Shown one piece after another: positions 13,214-24,922 of a stretch of 64,000 nt of DNA. The notes under the pieces are model-generated. The model made no database searches. It worked only from the letters and a program-made list of their open reading frames with translations, and had not been told where the DNA came from. The stretch is from the human T2T-CHM13v2.0 reference genome, Homo sapiens. Within the stretch, counting starts at the first letter, position 1, and each line of letters opens with the position of its first letter. The DNA lies in assembly GCF_009914755.1 (NCBI RefSeq), contig NC_060945.1. The stretch is one strand, 5' to 3'. Position numbers and translations under genes: made by a program.

Positions 13214-14391
13214 AGATAAACGAATAAAAAATCTAGCCCCTAAACAGAGTGTTTCCAGCTTCAAAACTGAAAATTATCTCTAGGTGTTTCCTGAGACATT
13301 CAGAGACTGATTTCTGTTTTGTATTAGTTGCTTTTTTTTTCTTTCTTTTTACACAACATTAGGCTTGTCCTGCTGCGGTATAATGTTCTATATTTGTTAT
13401 TGTCTAATGAACTCTTTCTATCCTTAAGTTATTTTAAGTGCTCATCAAGCACCAACTAGTAAGAGCCTGAAGACCAGTCTGTGTAACAGACCATTTTTAA
13501 GTAGTGCCATAGCTGTCCTTGCTGCAAAAGCTCTCCTATCTCCAGTCACTATACGAAGACAAAGAAATAACAATACAGAAATTATCGCTGTATCAAATGC
13601 AGCTAAGTCAAATCCAGAGAGTTTAAATATACAAACAAATAACTGGATCTTTGTAATTGGTGCTGACAAGATATTTCAGCAAGCAGAGGAAGAATTCTAA
13701 AAATTTATAGTTTTTCGAAGTGAAATTTAAAGAATTTAACAGTTAATAAATTATTCTGCAAAATGAAAGGGATCTGCAATTGGGCATCAACTGTGTATTT
13801 CAGTAAAACTATAGGTTTATAAACACATTTTTAAAAATAAGCATACTTCTGGGGGTTTTCTCCTCTTCTTCCTCCTCACCTTCCAAAACATTAGGGCTTT
13901 TCTGCTATCTTCTTTTTTGCCTATTTTCGTATCTCACAGCTCACTTAGATGATGTAAACTTGCAACATAAAATCAGGAAGAATATGTGAGTAGCACTGAC
14001 TTCATTAAAATGTATTTGCCATGAAAATTACAGGTTAGAAATTGGAGAAATAAAGAGAGGATTATAATTTCCAACTTTATAGTCTTTTAGGAAAATGAGA
14101 ATGATTGCTTTTTCTTCAGTAGTGGTGTGTGCTAGCTGCTAAATTAAATTTAAATAAACTTAAATATTGCTAACACTGAAAATGTCTAAATAAAACTTTA
14201 TAATATTAATAAGTTAAAATAAATAGCGCACATCACTACATGAGGAAGAATACATTTATAGTAGCATCCTTCTAATATGCAAGATTAAACTGTCTGGTAG
14301 GTTAGACTATCCAATAATTTAATAACATTGTGTTTTTAGGTTTTAGATCATGAAAAGAGAGTTCGTGATCATGAAAATATAAATGGGTTAA

Positions 14392-14521
14392 CCCATTTAT
14401 ACCTAGTGTTCCATTATTGGAACACTAAGCCTGTGGGAGTTATTTATATCCTACTGCTCAAGGTCATCACCAAGGTCTGATTGCAAAAATTTAAAAAATT
14501 GCAACCTCAGGCCTAAATGGG
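14392..14521 (+). mobile_element. MER85 non-autonomous piggyBac MITE (PGBD3 family)
   Basis: Terminal inverted repeats cccatttatacct / aggcctaaatggg; left TTAA at 14388-14391; internal palindrome GTTCCATTATTGGAAC at 14408-14423; body matches my recall of MER85. Confidence 0.92.
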
Positions 14522-15224
14522 ATAGCCAAGTGCCTTAAATTTGCCTTCAGCTAATGATGGGTTCATGGCAAGACCTTGCACTTGGGATGTTACTTTTGAA
14601 ATTAAAAAAATGTGATCAAGGAAAAAATATAAAAAGAAGACAAGAAAAACTTCTTTAAAAACATGATAACAATAAATAATCTGGATCAAAGTATGATTTA
14701 GATGAGAGGTTGTCTACTAAATCATCAGTGAACAAATATTCCATATTCAATTATACTTTTTATAGTATGTTGTTATTATTGTTGTACTTTTAGTAGTGAA
14801 TTATGCTTCAATAGTTTGAATAGTTGTATCCACAAAAATAATTACCAAGGTATATGCAAGAACTTATGTACAATTATATTCCTCATGGTATCATTTTAAC
14901 AAAATAGAAAAAGCTTTAAAGACTGCTTTCTAAAACTATTTGCATAAGAATTGGGTTAACAGTGTTGAAATTGAGTATTGTCCCAATTCTCTGAATAACC
15001 CGTATATCCTCTCTCTACCTCTATCTCTCATACACACACACGTTAAAACCACCTATAGCCAAAGACTGAGATGAATCTAAATCAAGTTTTTAATAAGAAT
15101 TAACTATGAATGATGAAATTACAAATAGTTGTTTCAATATTCTGAGATTTTCTGAAATGCTTTTTTTGCCTTCTGTGAATATGTATTCCTTTTGTAATCA
15201 GAAAAATATTTTTTAGATGTTTAC

Positions 15225-15595
15225 TCCTTTAAGTCTTTGTTTTAATGGTGTCTTATAGTTTTTCCCTAGTATATTGCCTAAAATTGTGAATCCTCTTCCC
15301 AATCTACAGACTTTAAATTTCCCTTCTCTGCTTTATTTTTTTCAGTACTTAATACTATCTAACAAACATATTATACATTATATTTATTTATTGTATTTAT
15401 TGTTTGTTATCCCTTATATATATAAAATATATACAAATATAATGTATAATATATGTTATTAAGTACTGAAAAACATATATATATGTTTTGAAGGCCAGAA
15501 TTATTTCCTGTTTTATTCATTGGATATCCCTAACACCTAAAATGAGCCCTAGTATATAGCATGAGCTCAATAAGTATTTATTAGTTGAATAAAGG
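15225..15595 (+). mobile_element. L2a 3' end containing an inverted duplication
   Basis: gaaggccag...ttttattcattggatatccctaacacctaaaa...gagctcaataagtatttattagttgaat is the L2 tail. Confidence 0.7.
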
Positions 15596-16896
15596 AATTA
15601 CTTTTCTATATATATATATCTCTCTGACATATGTATAATAATAAGCCTACTTCTTATGCTAAGCAATGGACATTGTAAAGGAATTAAGGTCTCATCCTCA
15701 TGAAGGAGAGATTAAAAATTCAATGTTTGCAGTGAAATTATCAAGATCAAATGAAATATTGAACATGTCTTTTCCTTGTGAATTTAATACCATCTAGAAA
15801 TGTCAATTCCTCTGATAAGGACTTTTATATTATAGCTTTTACTAATGTTGAGAACCGAGTATGTTCCCGTACCATGGTGTGAGGGTATTTAACTTTTGGA
15901 GAAAGGCAAAATACTCAGAGTAGAGAGAGCTGAGTGATCTTTGTGGAGAATACAAACATATTTTTGATGCTGTGGAAACTCAATTCTAAGAAAATTTGGC
16001 TTTCCAATGTTTGGACAATTCTTCAATTCCCAGTTATAATTGTATGGAGACTAAAAGGGTGGCAGCCTTGTAGCAGCTTCTACAAAGCCTGGCTGGTACC
16101 CCAGATACTGTTGAGTTCCATTTGAAACCTGGCAGGAAAATTAAACTCCAGTTCTTTCATCCCTTTCTCCTGCTGCTTGTTTGCTTTGGAGCTTTGAACC
16201 ACACTCCTTAATAAGTGTTAACAAGAACTTTGAAAAGGAACAAGTAGCAAAGAGAAAAACAACAAGAGTAAAGAAGAAAAGTAAAACAAAAAGGAGAAAC
16301 AGAATGGAAAGCAAAACAGAAAGGAGCAATTCCAAAATCTTTGAAGTGATTACACTTGATATGGTTGTATATGACAATCTGGTTCATTACCAAAACATGG
16401 AAATGGCATCCTCCAAAATTTTATCATTTCCTTTAAACTAAATTTCTCCAATGTGCAAGTTACTGAAAGTGAAGTCACATCATAACCAAATTGTAATAAA
16501 CCAGATTTAACTACTGAATAGTAGATTTATCCTGGTTGTTAGTATCATTGAAATGACTGGACTGCCAACATCATCATCTTTATTTTCTTAAAAACTAGAC
16601 TTGATGTTTGAATAACCTGATGTTAGTGATTAAAAAATTAAAAGCAGCAAAAAACTCAATTTGTTTTATGTGGATATCATTTGAATGAACAGTTACTAGA
16701 AAACACATGTCCTTAGTTTATTAAAATACTGCTTAGTATCCTAAATAATGATTTACTAAAAAGTTGTTACATGACCTTAAAGAGGGTAAACAATTATATA
16801 ACGAACTAAATTAATTCTAGTGCATAATTTGTGCGCCAGACACCAACAGTTAAAATAGGGCTAAAAAGATGATTTAAAAGTCATTTACTTCTAACT

Positions 16897-17166
16897 TTTT
16901 ATTTATTTATTTTTAATTGACATACAATAACTACATATTTATGAAGTACATAGTAAAGTCTTGATATGTATAATGTATAGTGATCAGATCACGGTAATTA
17001 GTATATCCATCATCTAAAACATTTATCATTTCTTTGTGTTGGGAATATTCAATATCTTCCTTCTAGCTATCTAAAACTATAATTAATGTTAACCATAGTC
17101 ATCTTACAGTGGTACAGCTCGTTAGAACATATTCCTCCTATCTACCTGTAATTTTGTATCCTTTGA
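16897..17166 (-). mobile_element. L1MA-type 3' end
   Basis: T-rich tail then aattgacata...gtaattagtatatccatcatct...catttatcatttctttgtgttggga. Confidence 0.85.
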
Positions 17167-17309
17167 TATGTCTAATTGGTTAATCAATTAAAATAATATT
17201 TATTGATCATCTCCAAACACAATTCTAGAGCCTGGGATGTACATCAATCAACTGCTTAGTGGAAGAGTTTTACATAATACACAACCCTGAATCCAAGTGA
17301 GTCAGAAGA

Positions 17310-17927
<618 letters not shown>

Positions 17928-17955
17928 AATAATTTTTTTAAAAAAATCTATCAAG

Positions 17956-18042
17956 GGCCAGGCACGGTGGCCTGGGCAACAGAGCAAGACTCCGTCTCAA
18001 AAAAAAAAAAAAAAAAAAAAAAAACAAACAAACAAACAAAAA
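17956..18042 (+). mobile_element. Alu with almost the whole body deleted
   Basis: ggccaggcacggtgg joined directly to cctgggcaacagagcaagactccgtctc plus poly(A); imperfect TSD aaaaaatctatcaag / aaaaaactatcaaaag. Confidence 0.9.
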
Positions 18043-18184
18043 ACTATCAAAAGTATAGTAATGAACGAAACAGAAAAATATACTTGCACTTGGGAGAGAA
18101 AAATAATAGTAAAATAATAAAATAAAAATGCATAGATGTATATTAGAACACAAAATTTTAAATAAAGTGCTGAGTATAGCACTC

Positions 18185-18625
18185 ATTGAAAAGGTGAGCT
18201 TTGAGTAAAGACTTAATTGTAATGATGGATTTAGCTGTGAGAATATTAGTAAGAAAATTATTTCAGGGTGAAGGACTAATCTTTGCTAAAGACCTCAACT
18301 GAGGATGTGCCTAGCATGTCAGAGATAGAACAAGGAGCAACAGTGGCTGGAATGACCTGAACGACAAGTACTGGGTGAAGTCAGAGACGTAATGGAGAAA
18401 GGAGCCCGAGGCACCGATTATGAGTCCCTCAAGGACATAGTAAGGACTTTTTGACTTTCACTCTGAGTGAATTAGGAAGCCACTGAGGTAGAGAACTTAG
18501 GCTTAAAGATACATAATTTAGAATTATCAGTGCCTAAATGGCATTTAAACTCATGGGAGAAGACAAAATCACCAAGGAGCTAGTGTACATCATGAAAACT
18601 GAAGAAGACTAAGGACACGGTAGTA
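18185..18625 (-). mobile_element. L2 fragment(s)
   Basis: ggtgagctttgagtaaagactt...aacaaggagcaacagtggctggaatga...gtaaggactttttgactttcactctgagtga...gaagccactga. Confidence 0.7.
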
Positions 18626-19636
18626 GTGTCCCCAATATTCACAAAAAATGATTGTCTTGTAGGATGTTCCCTTCACTCGTGCCTACTCAACAAGAATTAA
18701 AACATTGCAAATTCTAAGTGGTTTTCCCATCAATTCACTCTTCTAATTCAGGAAATGTCTGCCTAGCTGCACAATCTATCTATTATAGCGAATTAGCTCT
18801 TGTCCATTCTGATTAGTAGAACTGTGCTTATTGGCTCCTAAGCAACTTCAACCTCACCCTGATCTGGGCATTCCTATCAATGTCTATTGGGCCTCTCTTT
18901 TTATGGTACCAATATACAAAAAAGTGATAAGTATTTTTGGAAGAACAATAGATGCGTACTCTCTTTTTTAGAATTATTAATATTTTCTGAATGCTTTAAT
19001 TTTATAAGAGTAAAAGAGATTCTCCTTTTAGAATATGGCTTTTTATCTTAGGCAGATTTTGTAAAACACTCAAAATAATATTAGTTACTACCCATGAAAA
19101 TAACTAATATGTAGATTCAATTCTTCTATCTGCATTTTCTTTCACTATTTAAAATAAAACTTTTAACAGCTTTATTAGCTATGATTTTAAAATCATTCCT
19201 GTTTTAGCCTTAAGTGGTCAGCTTATCCAGTATACACTATTTAGGTACCTGAAGGCCTTAAACTGTCCCTTAATTTTCTTTTTTATGACAATATGTAATT
19301 ATGTAAGGGGAGATTCATTTCTGAGATGCCCCCTTATATTCTAGGTAAATTTACTCTTCATCAGTCCATGGAATCCCTCCTAAATTCATTAATTCTACAA
19401 AGCATGCCCCAAAGCTCATCTCTCTTGCTATTGTTATGAGCATAGTTTCCTCCTTTCAAGGTTTATATCATTTTTCATTTCATTAACCAGATAATTCTCT
19501 ATTTTTAATAATAATAAAGTAAAAAAATACTTTTTTTTTTTTTTCTGCTGACACCCGGCACTTTATTAGTGGGGAAACTCGCCTTGGTTTGGCAGAGACT
19601 GGGATGGACAGGACCAGCGCCCATCTCGAGGGGGTA

Positions 19637-19698
19637 TTTTCTGCAAGATCAGGTGTTCCTCCTTGCAGGTTTAGAGGAAACACCCTCATAGATGAAAA
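19637..19698 (-). promoter_or_regulatory. SECIS element inherited from the GPX1 3' UTR
   Basis: Minus strand ttttcatctATGAgggtgtttcctctAAAcctgcaaggaggaacaccTGATcttgcagaaaa: AUGA/GA core, paired upper stem and apical AAA all present. Confidence 0.9.
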
Positions 19699-19920
19699 CC
19701 CCCCAGAGAGCAGCGCTGCAACTGCCAAGCAGTCGGGGTAGGAGGGGCGCCCTAGGCACATCTGGGCCCTTGAGACAGCAGGGCTTCGATGTCAGGCTCG
19801 ATGTCAATGGTCTGGAAGCGGCAGCTATACCTGCATACAGGCACACCGTCAGGGCCCACCAGGAACTTCTCAAAGAAGTTCCAGGCAACATCGTTGCGAC
19901 ACACCGGAGACCAGGTGATG

Positions 19921-20400
19921 AGCTTGGGGTCGGTCATGAGCTCAGTGGCGTCGTCGCTGGGGGCTGGCCGGCGTCCCGCAGAAAGGCGGAGAGAGGGTGC
20001 GCCCCCGCACCGTTCACCTCGCACTTCTCCAAGAGCATGAAGCTGGGCTCGAACCCACCACCAGGTTGGACGTACTTGAGGGAATTCAGAATCTCTTCGT
20101 TCTTGGCGTTCTCCTGATGCCCAGACTGGTTGCACGGGAAGCCAAGCACCACCAGGCCCCGGGGCCGAGGCGCCGCTGCGGCTCGTTCATCTGGGTGTAG
20201 TCCCGGACCGTGGTGCCTCCGAGGGACGCCACATTCTCGATAAGTAGTCCCTTGCCCCGCAGGGAGCCCAGGCTCACAGGCTCCCCGCCGGCCAGCGGGC
20301 GCGCGCGGAAAAGGCTTACACCGACTGGGCAGCCGCCGCCGCTAGCCCAGCAGCACACAGGGCGCAACTGTCCGAGAAGCTAGGGGAGCGCCCCGAACAA
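19921..20400. promoter_or_regulatory. CpG island within the GPX1 retrocopy
   Basis: About 44 CpG in 480 bp by hand count; very GC-rich inside an otherwise CpG-depleted AT-rich window. Confidence 0.85.
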
Positions 20401-20424
20401 ACACTGTCAAAAAAAATACTTTGA

Positions 20425-20680
20425 ATAACAAAAATAATAGTAATAGCATTTATTAAAATCTTGTTGTATCCTAGAATTATCCTAAGTGCTTTATGTTTAA
20501 CTCCATTAATCGTCACAAAGTATTTTCATTTTAGGAGTGAACTAATCACAGAGAGATGAGAAACTTTCTCATGGTTAATTAACTCAAATGAATTAGGTAA
20601 ACAACTAGTAGGTGGCCATTCTGAGATATCATTTTAGGCAACCCACTTTAGAGGGTGTACTCTTTACCATTAAGTAATTT
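20425..20680 (-). mobile_element. MIR
   Basis: aatagcatttatt...ctaagtgctttat...ttcattttaggagtgaacta...cacagagagatgagaaactt. Confidence 0.65.
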
Positions 20681-20779
20681 TCTTTGGTGTTTCCACAATA
20701 TCCAGAGAGAGAAAGGTGCCACTAGATTGCTTAAACATTTACTGGATGCTCTCTTCATAGTCTAACACATTCCAGCATT

Positions 20780-21580
20780 CATTTAATCATCATCCATCCA
20801 TATTTATTCATCATCTACTAATGACAAACATAATTCGTGGTACTCGTGATTCAATGATGGGTTAAACAGAATTATCTTACCTTCTTGGAGATTACGCTTT
20901 ACATTTACAGTGGCTATTTAGAAGAGCGGTCACTGTTCTAAGTACTAGATATCTCGTTTAATCCTTACCAGCAAACTTACAAGGTAATAGATACAATTAT
21001 CTTCACTTACAGTGAAAAGAGCAATACTCGGCTATATGAAGCGCCTTGCTCAAAATTTCAGAGTTGCTCTATCATATGTCAGTTAATACATTTGATTTCA
21101 TTCAACATTCAGCTAATATTAATTGATCACATTTTGTTTTCAAGGCACAATTATAATCACCCTGTGCTACTACACAGTATTATGGTAGAATAGAAAGAGA
21201 TATTACTGAGTCTGCAGATCTGAGAGTACTTAACAATGAACCTGATGGGAGTTTAACAGGTGAATTTAATTCCAGCACAGAGGGGACAGTCCGCTAGAAG
21301 TATATTTAATTCAAAAAAAAAAAAAAAAAAAAGGCGGGGGAAACAGATGTAGTTGCATGAAAGAAAATAAAGTGTAATAAAAATAGTGTGGTTGGGGCAT
21401 AAGGTGACTTTGAGGTGACAGAAGGGTACAAGTAGATAAAGGTCAAAAGACAGTTTGACTGTGAGGCTATGATCCGGAATTTGGACTTGTCCTGTTAATA
21501 ACAGGTTCATCTCTGAATGCTTGAAAGCAGAGGCATTATCCCAGTATCTGTGGACTTAGCAAGATAGCTCTGACAGTGTT
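20780..21580 (-). mobile_element. Mixed L2 and MIR fragments
   Basis: cattcattt-type L2 tails at about 20780 and 21100; MIR-like segment 20910-21070; boundaries approximate. Confidence 0.5.
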
Positions 21581-23239
21581 ATCAAAAATTACAAAATTTT
21601 ATATGAGAATTCATAAAATGAAGTCTACGTCTCTTTAAAATATTAATTTGTGAGGGTTTTTTTGTGGGGGAGGTGTTCTCTCCTACTCTGAAAGTTCAAA
21701 AGTATTCTAATCTGTATCATAGCCTTGAATATATCAGTCAGTGCGACAGAACTGAGTATACGCGTTCAGGAATTTTTTGTAGTTACTCATTTATCCTGGT
21801 ATTTATAACACTCATTAAATTTGAACCCAGCTCTTTTTGCAAATTCTAGTAGCTATACAATCGTAAATACAAGCATGTGAGGTTCCAGTGGTGATTTGCT
21901 TTTCAAGACATTTGAAAACTGCTTTTTATTTTTTTAAATTTTACCATGGTACATTATACAGCAGTAACTAAACATAGATCTGAAACTGGCACACAGAGGA
22001 AACTCTAAAAATAAATCTGTACCTGAGATAAGAAAGTGCTCTGGGTCTCTGCAAACACTCTCACTTTAGAGAGTGTAGTCTTAATCACCTTCAAGGTAAA
22101 AGAGATATAATAAAGTACCCAACCGTCTTCTAATAAAAACAAATATTTATATTCTATAGTACCTGAAACTGTATTAAATACCATTTTATGCATTACTTTG
22201 TATATGGCAACATATTTTAGCAATATTAAAGAATATAACATGAGCGATATGATTACTTAAACAGCATTTTCTTTAAAAACCATTTGTAAAATGAAATTGA
22301 TTTTGAAGTTATCAAATAAAGAATTCTCATTTTTGAATGAGAAACTGAAGCCTCTTGAAGTAAAAACTCCCTTAAATTCACAAGTGCACTCGGATTTTCT
22401 GCATCCAACTTCACCACCCTTGCAGGCACATGACAACTTGTGAAACAGGCAGGCCCCAGGATGAAAGTCTCGAATTCATAGACAAATCTGAGAATCCTAC
22501 AAATCCACTAGTTTTCTCAAGGTCAAGCGGTTAATGAGTGGCTCTACCATGAGTTTGTTTTGATGCCTGAAAGGGAGTAGTATTATCGTAAAATAACTGC
22601 ATATTTTATCAAGAACTTTATAAAAAAGATATTATGATTCACAACTGGATTTTATGGAATAATTTTGTTTTTCAACAAATACCATGTTTACCAATATGTG
22701 GTAATATTTAAAAGGCAGAACCCTGGCATGGCCAGCTGAAGTCTGCAGGGCCTCCATTGGCTTTTGCTTGACCTTTTCCTTTACATATTCTATAATGTGA
22801 CTCAGATAAGGCACAAAGAAATAATAAAATCCGGGTCAAATCAGATATTCCAAAAACTAAATAATTTTTGTCAACTAAGCATTTTTTGTAGTGACTTACC
22901 TTAATAAAATATTTTAGTTTTTCTATCTTAGTACATGTATCCAAGATAAAAAACACAATTTAAGTTTTCTTTTAAGATCAGAGGACTTCATTGGTCTAAG
23001 GTTATTTTTATTTTTTCCTTTCTATAATACTTTCAAGTATCACAGTTGGAGAGATGCTATCTATTGGGCTGGAGAGTGTGATGTGTCCATTTCATACTAT
23101 TGGCAATGGAACTGATTTTTGATTGATAATTTTGGTACATAATTTTCAATTCCGTGTTGTATTCTGAAAGACACATTCTCTGAAACATCTTATATATAAT
23201 CTGTATTTATATATGCCAAGAGTAAGGTTGTTTTATTAA

Positions 23240-23512
23240 TTTTTTTTATTTTTTTATTTTTGAGACAGAGTCTCGCTCTGTCGCCGAGGCTGGAGCGCAG
23301 TGGCATAATCTCGGCTCACTGTAACCGCCTCCTCCTGGGTTCACACCATTCTCTTGCCTCAGCCTCCAGAGTAGTTGGGACTACAGGCGCCCGCCACCAT
23401 GCCCGTCTATTTTTTTTTTTGTATTTGTAGTGGAGACGGGGTTTCACTGTGTTAGCCAGGATGGTCTCGATCTCCTGACCTTGTGATCCGCCTGCCTCGG
23501 CCTCCCAAAGTG
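23240..23512 (-). mobile_element. AluY, 5'-truncated
   Basis: tgtgttagccaggatggtctcgatctc; stops at cccaaagtg; no clear TSD. Confidence 0.92.
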
Positions 23513-24048
23513 AAGTTAAAAATAATTAGAAAACATACAATGTTTTCTGATGAAGTAGGAACGGTTAACTAACTTTTCACTATATTGCCAATAAAAATCC
23601 TATACTTCTTGGTGGCTTAAGCATTTCATCAGTTTTTTAGAGTTAAAGTATTTGGAACATAATTTTAGTGGTAGAATTTCTTTCTATAACTTTTGAATCA
23701 TAGATTAACAAATACCTACCAAGAACTGAGAAGAAAAATGAGGAAATGTAATTCTAAACTATTTTACTCATTACTAATATTTTTTAATAATATGTAAACA
23801 GGTAACAATATAACTTGAACTATATAATTGTTTGAAAATATTTTTCTTATGCTTTAATTTCAATTTATTTTGCAGACTTTTTACTGGGTGTCTAGTAAGT
23901 TCTAGATGTTGTAATAGGTAGCAAAGACAAGACATAAGTAAGACATGCCCTTTTCCATTAAAAAGACTATTAGAGGAGACAGTTAAATCACTATCATCTG
24001 TACCATAGAATTTGTTAAGTTCATGATTGGGGTGAACAAGTTCTAGAA

Positions 24049-24439
24049 TAGCACTATACGATAGGATACCAATGCCAGGAGAGCCACAAATATGAGCCAC
24101 ATATGTAATTTAAAATTTTCTACTAGTCACATTGAACAGATAAGAATTAACAGAGGAAATTGACTTTAGTGATATATTTCATTTAAGGAATAGATAAAAA
24201 ATATTTTCATTGCTATATGTAACTAATATAAAAATGATCAATGAGACTGATATGGTTTAGCTGTGTCCCCACCCAAATCCCAATTTGAATTGTAACTCCC
24301 ACAATTCCCATGTGTCATAGGGGGGAACCAGTAGGAGGTAACTGAATCATGGGGGCAGGTCTTTCTTGTGCTATTCTCATGATAGTGAATATGTCTCATG
24401 AGATCTGATGGTTTTGAAAAGAGGAGTTACCCTGCATAA

Positions 24440-24476
<37 letters not shown>

Positions 24477-24784
24477 GCTGCCATCCATGTAGTATATGAC
24501 TTGCTCCTCCCTTGCCTTCTGCCATGACTGTGAGGCTTCCCCGCCCATGTGGAACTGTAAGTCCATCAAACCTCTTTCTTTTGTAAATTGTCCAGTCTCA
24601 GGTATGTCTTTATCAGCAGCATGAAAACAAACTAATACAGAGATGTTTTACATTCTGTTTCTCTATTGAGTCTTTGAAATTCAGCATACATTTTTCACTT
24701 ATAGCATAGTCTCAATTTGGGCCACCCACAGTTCAAGTGCTCCATGACCACATGTAGCTAGTAGCTACTGTATTGGACAATGAG
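24049..24784. mobile_element. MER33 hAT-Charlie element, split by a THE1B LTR
   Basis: gccacatatgtaatttaaaattttcta...ttcaagtgctc...cacatgtagctagtagctactgtattggaca; 8-bp TSD ttctagaa / gtctagat. Confidence 0.85.
24248..24639 (+). mobile_element. THE1B solo LTR with internal (CT)n
   Basis: tgatatggtttagctgtgtccccacccaaat...cagcagcatgaaaacaaactaataca; TSD gagac / gagat. Confidence 0.93.
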
Positions 24785-24922
24785 GTCTAGATCAACAAAA
24801 GGGCTGATTACTAGCACTTGAAAAAAATCAAAGAAGCCTCTCTGAGGCAGGGACTCCTGAACCAAGACAGGGAATGTGCAAAGCTTTGAGAAGTGTAGTG
24901 TGAGGAGCCTCAAGTCATACAG

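Larger units (their letters stand above)
19531..20408 (-). pseudogene. GPX1P2: Processed (retro)pseudogene of glutathione peroxidase 1; most likely GPX1P2 (symbol inferred, GPX1P1 not excluded)
   Basis: Translations match GPX1 ([65 protein letters not shown]). No intron at CAG|GAG (20113/20114). AATAAA at 19562-19567, poly(A) at 19531-19544, TSD aaaaaaatacttt at 19521-19533 and 20410-20422. Lesions versus recalled GPX1: ATG>CTG (20360), TAT>TAA (20318-20316), +2 frameshift near 20300, Sec TGA>GGA (20220-20218), -1 frameshifts near 20165 and 19970. Original stop TAG at 19754-19752. The confidence given is for the pseudogene call; confidence in the specific symbol is about 0.6. Confidence 0.97.

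Noticed and set aside
13445-13669. 74-aa hydrophobic ORF in unique sequence
   Set aside because: Non-ATG start, no recognisable family and no supporting splice structure.
14392-14521. Possible structured small RNA gene
   Set aside because: Terminal repeats, TTAA and internal palindromes are fully explained by MER85.
16141-16441. Lys-rich and hydrophobic ORFs on opposite strands
   Set aside because: Produced by an A-rich low-complexity tract.
19692-20117. 141-aa plus-strand ORF antisense to the GPX1 copy
   Set aside because: Expected shadow ORF in GC-rich coding-derived sequence; no independent homology seen.
19752-20367. GPX-like ORFs as a possible Gly-substituted functional peroxidase
   Set aside because: Start codon lost, early TAA and three frameshifts; the motifs are split across different frames.
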